Origin: Eledone cirrhosa
Taxonomy: Eukaryota
Length of the DNA stretch: 64,000 nt
NCBI GenBank assembly: GCA_964016885.1
Contig: OZ024748.1
Span: 55,552,001 to 55,616,000 of the forward strand
Direction: 5' to 3'
Made by a program: the position numbers and the translations under genes. The notes below the pieces were generated by a model that did not search any database, was not told the DNA's origin, and saw nothing but the letters and a program-made list of their open reading frames with translations. Below are positions 27,762 through 42,479 of the stretch, one piece after another (positions within the stretch are counted from its first letter, which is position 1; each line of letters begins with the position of its first letter).

Positions 27762-27858
27762 GTTTCTTTATTATCCACAAGGGTTTATATAAAGTAGACA
27801 TTAAGGACAGTACAGGACAATACAGGACGGTACAAATGGGCATTTCTGCGTGTAAAAA
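27762..27858 (-). mobile_element. 3' tip of the Tx1/L1-like family seen at 6528
   Basis: TTTCTTTATTATCCACAAGGGTTTATATAAAGTAGACATTAAGGACAG..GGGCATTTCTGCGTGTAAAAA is nearly identical to 6531-6626. Confidence 0.85.
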
Positions 27859-27923
27859 ACATGGTAATAATGATGTTCATCGGTTACATTCGTTGTAATA
27901 AACATAATAGTTATGATAATATG

Positions 27924-27984
<61 letters not shown>

Positions 27985-28600
27985 TTTATGTATTCATTTA
28001 TATATGTGTATGCAATGCATGTATGTATGTGACGTTATATTTGAGAATGTTCACACAAATGTCTATGTGTATTTATGCATGGATTTATACGGTGAACTGA
28101 CTATTGATTACCGAAATTCGCAGTTACTTATAGAATTGAAAATATATCTTGTAAGAAAGTTTTTAGTTGCTCTGTCTCTGTGTATTAAATTCTTCTAGTT
28201 TGAAGATGGTAATTCGCACTGAAAACGGGGGTAACATTCTGGAACATAAATGTCTTCCGCCTGTTCGATTCTTTCGCCATTCTACTTCTTTGAATAAACT
28301 TACTGACCGAAAATTGAAAATAGATTTAATTAAATTTCTTCACCTTCTTCAAAATATACAGTCTGTGTGTCAATTAGACACAGCCATTCAATTTAAAATC
28401 TTTTACTAAACGACTTTAATACAATTTATTGGGCAACCTGCCTAGAATCAATTATGTGTTGAGAAAAAAAAAAACGAAATTAGTCAATTATAAATATCAT
28501 ATTTCAGAAAAAATGGTGAGACGACTCAGAACAAGTTTCTAACTTATTATGACCTGATAGACACACAGTAGAAGACGATGTATTTGCAGAATTAATAATG

Positions 28601-28813
28601 TTTTCTACTATAGGCACAAGACCAGTACTTTTGGGGTAGGGGAAAGTCGATTAAATCGACCCTGTACATTACTAGTGCTTTATTTTGTCGATCCCGTAAG
28701 GATGAAAGTCAAAGTTTACCTCGGCGGGATTTAAACTCAGACTGTGAAAGACTGCAACTCTATGCTGCAAAGCATGGTGTCCGACTTTCTACCGATACTG
28801 CCAATCCACCGCC
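28601..28813 (-). mobile_element. SINE family A (long variant)
   Basis: Reverse-complement match with an extra GGGGAAAGTCGATTAA segment. Confidence 0.9.
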
Positions 28814-28834
28814 GTACTTGCAGAATTAATAATG

Positions 28835-29040
28835 GTTTCTTATATAGGCACAAGGCCAGCATATTTTGAGGGAGGGGAAAGTCGATTAATGCAACCCTAG
28901 TGCGTGACTGGTACTTTATTTTATCGACCCCGTAAGGGTGAAAGGTAAAGTTAACCTCAGCCGGATTTGATCTCAGATCATAAAGAGCCGTAACTCTATG
29001 CTGCAAAGCATGGTATCCAACCCACTACCAATCCACCGCC
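28835..29040 (-). mobile_element. SINE family A (long variant)
   Basis: Same variant as 28601-28813; bounded by 21-bp direct repeats. Confidence 0.9.
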
Positions 29041-29865
29041 CTACTTGCAGAAATAATAATGGAAGTATCGTGAAGTAAATGTATAAATAAATAATCACTG
29101 AGAGACACCATTTACATAGAAAACATGAGCTTAATTAATGTTAACATGATTAAATTGTGAAGCATATTATAAATGTATTTGACTGATCACATGTTTTGTG
29201 TCCCTCCTTCCACGAATCTAACTAACAATCACACTCATGTCCCAGCCATTTGGATTTCTGTCCCTGATCTTATCTTTCCATAAAGAGTTGAATTGCAACT
29301 GTTTAATGGGTTAAATCTCCTCCATCTCAAAGAGCCTGTGAGTCTCTTCCTGTTAATATTGCGTAGGGAATTTGGAGGTAGAAATTTAATTTGAAATACG
29401 ATATTTATATTTGTAATTATCAATCCTAAGTCCATATATTGTCTTGATTTATTTACAATTTGTCCCTCATAGAATCAATAGCAGGCTTATCACTCGATGT
29501 GGTATCTGTTAAATTAATTATCCTCGTCTATTTATAGAAAATTAATTCCTTTGCCAACTTATATATATATATAAGTAGAAGCGGTATTTAATTTGTTGGA
29601 AGTCCGGCAAATATATATGTTTATAACTGATTTAGAGCACTCAACAAATTACTGGAGTAAATATTCAATGATATTAAATAAATGGAAACTATATTTATAA
29701 AACCATATTTATTTTATTATATATATTTCAAAGGTACCAATACAACATTGGTACGCTTTCATGTTGTCTTGATACCCTTGAAATATATATAATAAAATAA
29801 ATATGCTTTTATAAATATAGTTTCCATTTATTTAATATCATTGTATATATATATATATGAAAAGG

Positions 29866-30004
29866 TTAACGTATGTTGATGCCCTAAGGACAGACACTGG
29901 TCTGTTGGAGACGCAGGACATGGCAGCGATAATGAGGGACAGAGATCGCTGGAGGAAACTCGTCCATGGATCTCGGGAATTTTACCCGCCTTAGATAGAT
30001 AGAT
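29866..30004 (+). mobile_element. RTE/RTEX-like LINE 3' tip
   Basis: LTYVDALRTDTGLLETQDMAAIMRDRDRWRKLV..stop, then a (TAGA)n tail. Confidence 0.6.
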
Positions 30005-30008
30005 ATAT

Positions 30009-30209
30009 GAAAAGAGTCAGGACCGCGGCGGCTTAGCTCCGGCCGTTTCGACAGCTAGATGCGAACTCAGTTCGAATCTAGTTGTTGAAACGGCCGGAGC
30101 TCAGGCGTGAGAGTCCTGACTCTTTTCCTATTACCGACTCTACTACCCTAAGTATCGAGTACTCTGGTACGTTATGGTGCCCCTGATTTCTTACCACACT
30201 TTCTTTGTT
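30009..30209 (+). mobile_element. Family B copy with ~59-bp inverted 5' arm
   Basis: 30009-30127 is a long imperfect palindrome, followed by family B 3' sequence and (TA)n. Confidence 0.75.
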
Positions 30210-30232
30210 CTTTATATATATATATACACACA

Positions 30233-30416
30233 ATTGTTTCTACTATAGGTACAAGGCCACCACTTTTATTAAATCGACACCAGTGTATTACTGGTGCTTT
30301 ATGTATCGACCCCATAAGGATGAAAGGAGGCATTTGAACTCAGAACTTAAAGTGTCGTATCTCAATGCACCGAATCATGGTGTCCGACTCACTACCGATA
30401 CTGTCAATTCACTAGC
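30233..30416 (-). mobile_element. SINE family A, internally deleted
   Basis: ATCGACCCCATAAGGATGAAAGG..ATTTGAACTCAG..TACCGATACTG. Confidence 0.8.
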
Positions 30417-30509
30417 CAAACTTATATATATATAATAAATGCTGTAGTTGTTATCAATTCTCTGTACCGTTGTTACGTGAATTGCTAATATTATTCCACT
30501 AGTTGCAAG

Positions 30510-30890
30510 CATTATGTTTAGGTCTTGCATTGGTTAATAATTTCAGTCGTTCCCTGTGTGTTATGAAAACTGGAAGACCCTGGGAACATAGATGATTTTA
30601 GTAGCGGTAGAAGAAAGGAAAGACAGTATGATGTGAGCCAGAATTGCGCTGAGGAGAGGGTGAATGAAATTATGTCGATTAGCAGAATGGATTTTCTTTG
30701 GATGTGGTCCACGCTGTCTGTGTGAATGTGAGCAGCAGGCATCCATGCATCAAGCAGTATTCTAATTTCAGGTTTAGCTGAGGTTTTCAGAGTGTTATTA
30801 ATTGTTGGGGGCGAAGTACTTTCTGACCCTGAAAAATAAGAGCGAATATTTGAGATACTATCCTCTCAAGACCATTATTTCATTGCATAT
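30510..30890 (-). mobile_element. Old CR1/L2/Jockey-group LINE 3' remnant
   Basis: Across frameshifts: FFRVRKYFAP..LITL.K.Q..KLEYC..DHIQRKSILLID..SFL..T, resembling the post-RT region of this group. Confidence 0.5.
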
Positions 30891-31804
30891 TGACTATAGG
30901 GTGATTATTACTAAGTACATTAGTTTGATCACCAATACAGTAGTTTATATGAGCTACCGTTTTCATTATTTTTGCGAGTGTTCTTTGAACGTTAGTCCTC
31001 TTTCATTATTGCTTCTCTTGCACAAGCTATTGACATAGAAGTTGTACTTCGTGTTTTACGCAATTTCTGCTGCCATTAACGCAAATGTTGTTATTGCTGT
31101 TTTTACTGCTGTTGCTGCAGTTTGTTAATTGTTTCTTATTTGATGCTAGTATGCATAAAAAACTTTACTACTCACCCCCCCCCCCCCTGTTTTCACTATC
31201 ATATTCCACCAGTACCCTTCCCCCTTTCCTTTTTCTTCGTTTCTCGTCTTTTAATCTCTTATATCTCACCACAAATTTTTTTATGGTGATGCCATCGTAT
31301 GTTGAGGAACGGGCAACGTCATATGTTATTCAAAGCTGATGGAATTTAATGCCAAGCTAATCAGAAAGATAAAAACTACAAAAGCCTCCAAGCAAGACAA
31401 ATCAATGAAACTAAAAGAAGAGAAATGTTCATTTCACTGGCAAATTACCAATTTCAACTAAAAATACTTCGTAAATTTCGCATTTCGAAGATAACACAAA
31501 AGAAATGAGAGAGATATAGGTCAATGAATGAATTATTGCTTGGTCGTCTGGAAAATGCACACAAGCAAAACTACTGACCACATTTTCGTTTGCATATTGT
31601 TTTACCACATTTTAATATTATCATACTAAAGTAACGTAATGATAAAATTTATGTAAAGGAATGTGAGAGCAAATGCCGCATATTTAATGGTTGTTATTGT
31701 TGTTTAGTTCCATGACATTGAAATTGAGTTGTAATATTGCTAATGTGTGATTATTCGATTTTGAGAAAAGCAACGTCAAGCTTCGACTTGCTTTCTGGTA
31801 TCAT

Positions 31805-31960
31805 ATTACCCAGTGCAACTTGCTTCAGGGTCGAGTAGTCGCCGGCTAAATCGGCTCCCCCGCCAGAGCCAGATCTGGTGAGGAGGGTAAGTAGAATCTT
31901 AGTAGCACAAAAAACGAGCTGTTATAAGGGCGGATGAAATCTCAGAGTAAATAGATGTCC
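31805..31960 (+). mobile_element. Family C copy (diverged)
   Basis: CCAGTGCAACTTGCTTCAGGGTCGAG..GGCTAAATCGGC..TGGTGAGGAGGGT..AAGGGCGGATGAA aligns by eye with 23329-23460. Confidence 0.5.
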
Positions 31961-33134
31961 GCCCCATCTAGGGGTTAAATAATCTCACCTACCCGCAATT
32001 GGTCAAACGCTGTGTGTACGGCTACACGTTTGACATTATAGAAACCAAATAGAGAGTGGTGGATGTCAACCAGGAAGGGATTCCGCCAACAGGAGGGAGA
32101 AGGCCCTGGACTAGATGTAGCCTTGTCTGGCAAAGTGAAACTTATGGTAAATAGCTTCTTCGTTAGTATTGCATTGAAGGTCTTTAAAGTTAATTTGTTA
32201 TCAATTGAGATATTACTTGAAATAAAAATATTATACATCTCCTTTTCAAAAAGCTGAATTCTTCCATCACCAATTCTCTAAAGTATATGAATTTATGAAC
32301 TTTCTTCAAATTCTATACATGAAAGTTATTCCTGAATAGTTCGATATATCCATCATTAGCAATTGTTACACTCGATCTAATCATTACATATAAAAATGTT
32401 TTCGTTAGTATGCCATCCACTGCAGATATTAATTTAATTTCATACAAAACATTCTATACCAAACATAAACTTCTTCTCCATTATTTCACCATAATCCTAT
32501 ATTTCTATTAACATTCAATCAAACTGAAACCTGAAATGATTAACTTGCAAAATACTTTTTTTATATTTGTATAATTTTGATTCCAAAGATAATTTTCACA
32601 GCGCAACTTATCTATTTCTAAGATGCCGTATGGTATACCTAGTGTATAAATTGCATTCTAAATCAAATTTACAGAAATCTATTCTGATGGATGATACTCG
32701 ACAGTTATATGTTTAAAAATGTTTTTCCCTCTGGTCCATTCATTTTATTTACAATAAATCTAAATTCATATGGTTATTTTCTTCCATCTCCATTGAAATA
32801 TATAAAAAAAAAATTTATCTTGCACTTATACTGACATAAATGTCTATCGAGTATATAAGTTTAACTCTTAATTGAATTAAGTTAAAATAAATATGTTGTA
32901 AATATTGTGTCAGAATAGAGATGAACTGAACTTTCACGTCAATAATATTTCCAACATTTACGACATGAAACATAAAACTGAAGTTATTTTCTTTTGTTTA
33001 TTAAATTAAAAACAGAGTCCTGAGAAAGTACAGTAAGGCAGCTCAAAATTAATACTGCAATACCAGCTTTCAACAGATTTCTTTTCTAATCGTAAGCACA
33101 ACAATCTATATAACTCATTATCATCTTCAGCAGC

Positions 33135-33552
33135 GATATGGAAAGGCAGTGTCGGGAGAGCTTCGGACAACATGCTCTACAGTACCTAGTTATAGCCCTT
33201 TACGTTCCGAGTTCAAATCCTGTCGAGGTTAGTTTTACTTTTCATCCTAAATGGGATCGTTAAAATAACGTACCAGTAAAGCACTGGGGCCGATTTAATA
33301 GACTTTCCCCTCTCCCAAATCTTTAGCCTTGTGCCTAAATCAATAACCATTATCTTCAATGGGTAGTCGATTAGCAGTATCGGTAGAGAGTCGGACACCT
33401 TGCTTTTCAGCATAGTGTTATGGCCCTTTACAACCTGAGTTCAAACCCACCGAGGTTAGCTTTGGCTTTCATCCTTACGGGGTCGATAAAATATAGTACC
33501 AGTAATACATTGAGATAATTTCTGGCCTTGTGCCAAAAGTAGAAACAATTAT
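33135..33552 (+). mobile_element. Two tandem SINE family A copies
   Basis: B-boxes GAGTTCAAATCC (~33209) and GAGTTCAAACCC (~33437), each followed by the core and 3' end. Confidence 0.88.
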
Positions 33553-34234
33553 TATTATATTCAATTTCATCATTAACATCACCATTATCAACATCATCTT
33601 CAACTCATTATCATCATCATGCTCCTCACCATTAGGATTTCCTTAGATAAATAAAAACTCTTAATGACAATACTTTCTCCGAGACAAATAAGCAATCTAA
33701 AGAACCAAAGTGAAGTTTCTTTCTCCAGTCTACGTATTTATTTCTGATCACTAATTTTCTCCTTGCTATCTTATTCTGTTCAACTTTATTTCTCAGTGTC
33801 TTTCTTCATATCTTTCTTAATTTCTTTCTTTCGTCACTTTCAATTCTATTCTTAGTTTTCTCGTTAGTAAATATGAAGGGTAATGTTTCTTTCGTTGAAA
33901 TACTGAAGCAGATGAACACTATTTCTCTCCGCAGGCTAACATATTATTAATGTTATATGGAAACAGAATACTAAGTGCTGGAAAGCGAGGTTTTGGCTGT
34001 GTTACAAGTATGAACAATTACAAGAGCATCTCATGCAAGTTGTATTGTATCACAAGAAGTTATATCAAGGCCATAAAGAAATTAGGTTTCGGGGCAAATT
34101 TTGTTGCTCTTGTTGGTGGTGCTGTTTTGTCATTGTTATGAGTTTATTAAGACCGGGAAATTAATAACGAAAGCAATGGTAATAATAGCAGATCGTGGTC
34201 ATATGATATTCTATTATATGATATCACATGATTT

Positions 34235-35042
<808 letters not shown>

Positions 35043-35257
35043 GCAGACATGTATAAAAAGTGGAAACAAAAGGTAGAAGTAAAGGGAGGGGGCAGTGATG
35101 TTGGTACAAATGGTGATGTTGATAATGGTGATGATGACGACGACAATGAAGATGCTGTGACGAGTTTAGTATTAATAACTGTTTGGAACAAGAGTAATGA
35201 CGACCGTTCAAATGATTATGGTAATAAGTGTTTCTAAAATAGGCACGATACCAATAT

Positions 35258-35695
35258 GGCAGGAGACCCAGGGGTAGACTCCGAGCATCGCTAGAACGAT
35301 TTAACGTGCAAGATCAACTAGCAGGAGACCTCAGGGCAGACCTCGATCATGATGGCTGGATAACATCAATGGGCTCAGCTGGTCTCGCTTGTGGATCTAG
35401 TCGTCTAATTTGTAGACGGTTGCTTCTCACGGGACTCACAGGATCCACTGAAGATGGATAACATCAATGGGCTCAGCTGCTCTCGCTTGTGGATCTAGTC
35501 GTCTAATTTGTAGACGGTTGCTTCTCACGGGACTCACAGGATCCACTGAAGATGGATAACATCAATGGGCTCAGCTGCTCTCGCTTGGGGATCCAGCCGG
35601 ATCAGTTGGAGACTGTTGCTTCCGACAAGATCCGTTAGCAGGAGTGTTCGATGACCCTTTATCACGACCCTCACAGGAATAAGTGGGAGCATGAA
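35258..35695 (+). mobile_element. Rex3-like RTE 3' fragment with internal 98-bp tandem duplication
   Basis: RRPQGRPRS.WLDNI..SRLGIQPDQLETVA; homologous to 49930-50100 (-). TGGATAACATCAATGGG starts at 35357, 35455 and 35553. Confidence 0.75.
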
Positions 35696-35779
35696 AGGTG
35701 TCGTAACTGAATGACACTGAGTAGTCTGACAAACGTTCCACCTATTTCACCAAAATAACATCTTAATGATAATGGTATC

Positions 35780-35992
35780 TGATTTAGGCACAGGGCCAAC
35801 AATGTGGGGTGGGTGGCAGGGGAAAGTAAATTAAATTGATCCCTCTGCGTTACTGGTATTTGATTTTATCGACCCTGTAATGATGAAAGGAAAAGCTTAC
35901 ATCGACGGGATTTGAACTGAAAAGGTAATGGGCCATAAATCAATGCCTTAAATCATGTTGTCCAATGCTCTACCCATCCTAGCAATCCACTA
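35780..35992 (-). mobile_element. SINE family A (diverged long variant)
   Basis: TTTTATCGACCCTGTAATGATGAAAGG..GGGATTTGAACT. Confidence 0.8.
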
Positions 35993-36105
35993 CCTATGAA
36001 GAGGCTTATGTCATATCATTTTATCAGTCAACAGTATTTACTCTGTGATAATATGGACACCGAGAATTGGCAGAAATTTTAAGCAGGGAGGTATATTATT
36101 TAATG

Positions 36106-36530
36106 AGGTGTCCCGTAAAAATATATACACACTTTTATTAGAATGCTGTTGAAATCTGAATACATTTTGAGTTGATAGATTAAAATACCAGTAACAACAA
36201 AACTCAAGTCTCCCTCAAAGTAGGATCCCCAACTTCAATGAACTTGTAGCGCTCCAGTCTCTGCTGGAAGGCCCACATGTAGTCCTCCAAAGTGAAGCTG
36301 TCCAGGGCGCTTGTCACAGCGTCCTTCATCTCCTCTACACTCTCAAAATGGATACACCTGAACTTCACGTGCAGCTTCGGGAACATCGAAATGTCTCATG
36401 GGGACACGCCTGGACAGTAGCGAGGATGATAGTCTTCATCCCCATATAAGCCAAGTAGTTGGTTACCCGTGTGTATTTGGGGCAGGGCGCAATCGTCAGA
36501 AAGATGTATAACGGTCCTCGTCCAGAAATT
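36106..36530 (-). mobile_element. mariner transposon 3' remnant
   Basis: TNYLAYMGMKTI..YCP..DISMFPKL..FESVEEMKDAVT..FQQRLERY..IEVG matches the degenerate YSPDLAPxD region and C-terminus of mariner transposases; TIR-like end at ~36106. Confidence 0.8.
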
Positions 36531-36571
36531 TGCGAAATTTGTCGACGAACCCTAGCGTCATATATATATCG

Positions 36572-36887
36572 AGGTGTTTCTCAACCTTTTTTCTTTCTGA
36601 ACCATTTTTTTTGTGTAAAAAGAAATCTCTGGCCCATAAAAACACAAATAGTAATTCCATGCAACTGTAAATACAATTTATTTAGAAAAGCAATATTATA
36701 TTTAAATAATTTATGAAATATTTCAATATAAAGTAAAATAGTTTGTGTTTCCTTAATTTTACGCGAGTGAAAAAATAAAAGAAAAAAAATTAAAGCCCAC
36801 CTATTTTATTTGGGCTAAACTCCAGGCTGACTTAAAAAATTTCTCAGGCCCATTCTTGGGCCAAACGGCCAAGTTTGAGAACCACTG
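36572..36887. mobile_element. hAT-type MITE
   Basis: Ends AGGTGTTTCTCAACC and GTTTGAGAACCACTG (imperfect TIR); 8-bp TSD ATATATCG at 36564-36571 and 36888-36895. Confidence 0.75.
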
Positions 36888-37590
36888 ATATATCGTGTAG
36901 TGGCTATAAAGACTTATATAAGCAGCTCGCTAGCGCCACTGTAAAATATATTTAATTCATAGCGGCAGTAAATTGAACTCATACTGTTGTACATTGACTG
37001 ACAACTATCATATTCATGCGCATGTGATAATAAATTCCTTTCTAATGATGGACCCGTCCAAAAATAAATCTGTCTTTCACACATTACAAAAGAATATCAT
37101 TTGCCACTTTCGAATTTCTCTGTACCTAATTCCTACGAATCTCCCTATTCAGGAGTCTCTCATTCAACCACCCGCTTAAAACTTGTATGGTAAATCACTT
37201 TTTCTTCAAACAATTCTAACCACCAACTAAGTACATCATTTACTAATAAACACACGACACATTAATTATGATTTAATGAGTGTTGCCATTTCCAACCCTT
37301 ATTTATTTCTTACTAATTTTAATCTATATCGATTATCTGACGTGATGAATGCTTGAGCGGCTGTTTCAAATCCATTGAACTACTATTGTCGGTGTAACAC
37401 ACGAAACACTGTTTTCAATAATTTCGAATTAATCTGTATAATGACGATTATTGATATTAAATATATTTCAATAAATCTTAGCCCAACATATGGAATGCGT
37501 ATTTTGAAAAGAATGTGAATATAAACATACGCTTGATCGTATACAAATATATTTGTCTATATTTTACTTGATTCTCTCACTCTCTGTATG

Positions 37591-37625
<35 letters not shown>

Positions 37626-37868
37626 GGGAGGGGGGGGACTAATGAAACAATTGTTAATACTTTAAATAAACCATATTGTACAGCCCACCAGGTTATTCTT
37701 CACCCATTTACTATTATTACTCCTACAACTGCCTGCCTAGGAACTTTCTTGAACCGGCCACTCGACTAGGGAAATTTGCTGTTGAGTCAAACAAGGCCGA
37801 ACATTAACACAAGCCTCGATACAGAGTACTCATAACCTCTACTTGGATTTGCTTAAACAATAACTTAT

Positions 37869-37907
<39 letters not shown>

Positions 37908-37909
<2 letters not shown>

Positions 37910-38098
37910 CGAAGGATGTGTGGTAAGGAACCAGATGGACAATAACGCACTAGAGTACTCAATACTTAGGGTAGAGTGGGTAATGGTAAAATGTTCAAGA
38001 CCCCGACAGCAGAGTTCAAGCCGTTTCAATGGCTATCTCAGCAATAGCCGTCGAAATGGCTTCAGCTCTGCCGTCGGGGTCTTGAACATTTTCCCATT
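37908..38098 (-). mobile_element. Family B copy with ~55-bp fold-back
   Basis: Family B sequence; 37982-38098 is an imperfect palindrome with a 7-nt loop. Confidence 0.75.
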
Positions 38099-38116
38099 TC
38101 GCGCGTGTGTGTGTGT

Positions 38117-38162
<46 letters not shown>

Positions 38163-38614
38163 GTGTGTGTGTGCGCGCGCGCAGTAAACTATGCCTATCA
38201 GAGGACAAGGAATGTAAATCAAGTATAACGATTCCGTTATTTAATTAACATAGGTTCTCCCTATGCTGTATCACCAACTTGGTTTCGATTCACGACTGAA
38301 AGGATTTCATTTTATTTAATCTTCAAACGGTTAACCTGAAGGCATTAATAATTACACGAAAGAAAACAAAGCATGTCCTATTGTCCAAGCAACTCTGTGT
38401 TCTATGGATCATTGCTTAGCTTCCGCTGGTGAGTCTCAAAGACGCTACAATATTTTGAATCTAAATGGGCTTAATATTTCGCTAAATCTGAAAAAAAAGA
38501 AGCTACGTGAGAGAGGTAATTGAATATATATAATATATTTATATAAGTTTTTATATATGCATAGATATGTTTCTCTTTCTCATATGTATATATATGTACA
38601 TATACTACCCCCCC

Positions 38615-38645
<31 letters not shown>

Positions 38646-38718
38646 GTGTGTGTACAGATACACCTTCCTCTCATATATATATATAGTGTGTGTGTGTACA
38701 GTTACGCCTTTCCCTCAC

Positions 38719-38765
<47 letters not shown>

Positions 38766-39579
38766 AGACAGATACAGAGAGAACAGACAGACACGTAGCT
38801 AGAGATAGACACATTTACATATATAAAGGAATCAGAGAGAGGGACAGAAAGAGGAAATCGAAAAGAGGGAGGTGCCCAGCCCCCATATAAATATAACATT
38901 ATACAAGAGAATATCATTTTATATCTAGACAAATAAAGGTGTAATGGCTCAGAATATTTTCTATTCATGTTCATAACAAAAAGCAAGAAAGATAAAAAGC
39001 GACACGACAATAATAACAATATCAATAATAACAATAATAATAATAATAATAATAATAATAACGATAATAACTTAAGAAAGAAAGAAAAAAAGCGGAAAAA
39101 ATGTCTAATAAAAAAGCAAAAAGTAAAGAAAAGATTATTCGCATATTATAGCTCTTATTTCCTTAGACAGCTAATGAGATATGCAATTATTAATCTTGTC
39201 TTAGATGGGTTTCAGTCATTTGATATATTTAATGGTTCTCCGGAATTGCTGTTCAAAGTATTAAGACGGCAAAAGTCTGTAAATGTCACATTGAGAGCGG
39301 CATATAGAGAAAATGGAGTGCCATTGCAATAAATTCTTCAATAGAAATTTTGTAATATATATTAAGTATGTTTCCTTTGTACAAATACCAGACTGAAATC
39401 TATTAGGAACAAGACATATTCATGTAATAATTTCCATGTTAGAAAATGGAATGTTGAATTGATCATTTTTTAATGACTGAAATCATGTAATAGAAGACAG
39501 TGTTTTGAATTTTGAATGTCTACTGAAGAAAACCAGTGTGTGTATGTAAGTAACTCTGCTTATGTTTAATATGAACGTA

Positions 39580-39740
39580 TGGGCGAGAGGTTATGCTTAT
39601 AAATTAGCGTGTCATCATTGAATTTCTTGGTTCGATCCCACTGCGTAACGACTGAAGCAAGGAGCTTCTGTCTCGCTCAGATATGCCATAGATATCGCAA
39701 TGGAATTTGTTTTACGGAAAATATGTTGAAACCATTCTGT
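39580..39740 (+). mobile_element. Degenerate second tRNA-derived SINE
   Basis: B-box-like GGTTCGATCCCACTGCGT followed by ..GGAATTTG..ACGGAAA; heavily decayed. Confidence 0.4.
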
Positions 39741-41114
39741 GGTACTGCGAATGTATTTCCTGTCACCTATACAATTTTACTGTGAATTATTTATAATACA
39801 ATTATTAATTTAATTACGTTGATAAAATAACTGAAAAATGCGCTCATAGCAACCACGATTTCATAAGGAATATTGCTTCATAAACGTTTATTATTAACAA
39901 TATATAAAATAGATGAACTTACAAATCTAATTCTTAAGGAAGAATTACACATTCACTTACATAATAATTCTTCTCCCGTAAAGCATGGAAGATTTTTCCG
40001 AACTAAACATTAAGGAAACATAATTAGTTTCTGTGGGAAATATTCCCATAACACTATATTAAGAATGATAACTGCGTGCACAGACAAGATGTCAAATACA
40101 TAAGGTATTTCGACTGAGTCGAAACTTATATGGTATGTTTATATATTTTAAACATTTGCTTTCCCGTGTATAATAGTTAGTTAGTTCTTACAAACATAGC
40201 TGTCTCATGCCTAGGCATTGAGCAGATTTCAGTTTGGAATGAAGCTCAGCAGAGAACGGATGCAAGAAATATTGTCGGATGTATTTAATTTGTTCTCGAG
40301 AACATTTGAGTGATTTGGGGAAATCGCCTCTTCTCTACGTAGTTATGTCGAGATAATTCCCATACCATTTCGTACCCGTCAATCTCTCTCTCTCTCTAAC
40401 ATAGATATATGGTTTCCAAAGTACAGATAATTATAGACAATGTTTGAATAAAGTAAACCTGGAGATGTAAAGTTTCGCCATCTGTCTCTGACTAAAGGTA
40501 TTTCCCCCGATTTATTAAAACATTACCGATAGCTATCAACTCTTATTATAGATACCTGCTTTCCGGCGGCTATATTTTTAAAATGAAAATTTCTAAATGC
40601 ATCATATGTCAGCATCTCTCTCTCTCTCTCAGCACACACTACCATAGAGATTAGAAATATCGACACATTTCCATAAACACCATTCTCATCATCACACGAT
40701 TTTCCAATACGAAGTACAACAAAAGTAAAGTAATATTTCCCCAGCTGAAGTCTATTCAGAACAACCCATCTGAAGATAAGCCCATGACACATGTATCCAA
40801 CAACAACAACAGCTCTTCTACTCAACAAATATATGCCAATATATTCTTCAACTTTCCTAGGACAAAATAATTTCCATAAATCATTCATATACAGTTATAA
40901 ATTATACGACTATGTATCTTTTTTTTTTTTTTTTTTTGCAAGCTTTTTGATATGAAATCGTGTGTTGAAATAGTTATGTTTGGGGAAGGTCATGTTACAA
41001 TATTGACGGAAAAGTATAGTTAAATACACTTACATTTTGGTTTGGTTTTCGCTTCAGTATACTTTTTATATTTCTATAAATAATTCAAAACCCTCAGACT
41101 CACTAACGTTGACG

Positions 41115-41530
41115 TACTCGAGTATAGCTTCAAACCGGCAACCACACCAAATTTACTTGGCGAGGATGGGGATTTTGGACACCCTGCAGGACAAAAACCC
41201 AAACCTGACAAAGGGCGGGAGAAGTCATAAGCGTCAATGGCCATCTAAAAAGTAAAAATAAATCCTGCCAAATTAATGGGTGGCAGTAGTTCCACCTGCC
41301 CGCATCAAACGACTGGTGTAGAGGTTCTGAAGACAATGCGGCTTTGCAGAAGATCAGTGCAAATTGACAATGGAAAGGCGCTCCTGCTCGAGTTAGAAGA
41401 GAACTATTGACCTTCAGGAGAAGCAGCGACCACTGATTGCATTCAGCAACCGAAACTAATATGAAGTACACCAAATCCAATGTTCTTAGGGGAGGCCCTG
41501 GTTCTTATTTGCGAGTGTAAACTCGGCCAG
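41115..41530 (+). mobile_element. Family C copy
   Basis: GATTTTGGACACCCTGCAGGACAAA..AAACCTGACA.AGGGCGG shared with 23405-23452; 3' extent uncertain. Confidence 0.6.
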
Positions 41531-41996
41531 ATTAAATTAAATTCAATAATTATAAACAGAAACAAACAAAATGGCAAACTGCAATTAACCACGGGTAAGA
41601 ACAAGTCACAGAAAAAATAAGGTTAACCACATTTTTTTCTAAATTTCTACACAGCATAAATCTCAGCATCAAACAGGCAAGCAAGACAAAGAGAAAAAAT
41701 AAAACAATGAGACAAGACTGGTAAATATCTCTATACAGCTTAAACCACAAAACTGAATAAAACACTATTTAGTGTAATTAGGATTAGCATCATACCAGTG
41801 CAATCAGTTTTGCAGGACAAGGGTTTAATTCGTTCATTTAAAACCGTTAATGTTAAGGAGATAACATAGTTATTTAAAACAATTAATGAACATCTCTATC
41901 AATGCCTGAACAAAGGAAAAAGAAATGGTATGTGTAGCTATGTGCTTCAGTTCATCTGTGCATATATATATATACTCAAATATATACAATAACATA

Positions 41997-42027
<31 letters not shown>

Positions 42028-42115
42028 TGCCCAGTTGCGATCACACTCAATGCCATCGCTCCACGCATCCATACACATATACATACGTCGATATAAGCGC
42101 TTGTACATAAAAACT

Positions 42116-42210
<95 letters not shown>

Positions 42211-42479
42211 GTATGTATGTTTGAGTGTGTATTGTATTCGATGTTCGACTAAGCATTCAGCCAGCGAGCTCTTTTGTGATTATCACTTATGGTCGTAATT
42301 ATGAAGAGTGACAAAACTTTTCTATTTATCTCTGCTGCCATTAGGTTTATTATCTCCAATCTGCAATGTGTCATCATTGCCTCCTTCATCAAAACCTTCA
42401 GAGCTATTTACCCGCATTATTAATATCCAGACTGATAAGATAGAAAGCACACATACATAGATACATATATAAATACGTT

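Noticed and set aside
28580-29061. Repeat-spacer-repeat pattern read as CRISPR
   Set aside because: The spacers are ~210-bp homologous SINEs, and the repeats are target-site duplications.
35357-35650. 98-bp tandem repeat containing CTGAAGA as a second retrozyme
   Set aside because: No GAAA..UH half follows, and the sequence is homologous to the RTE 3' coding end at 49930-50100.
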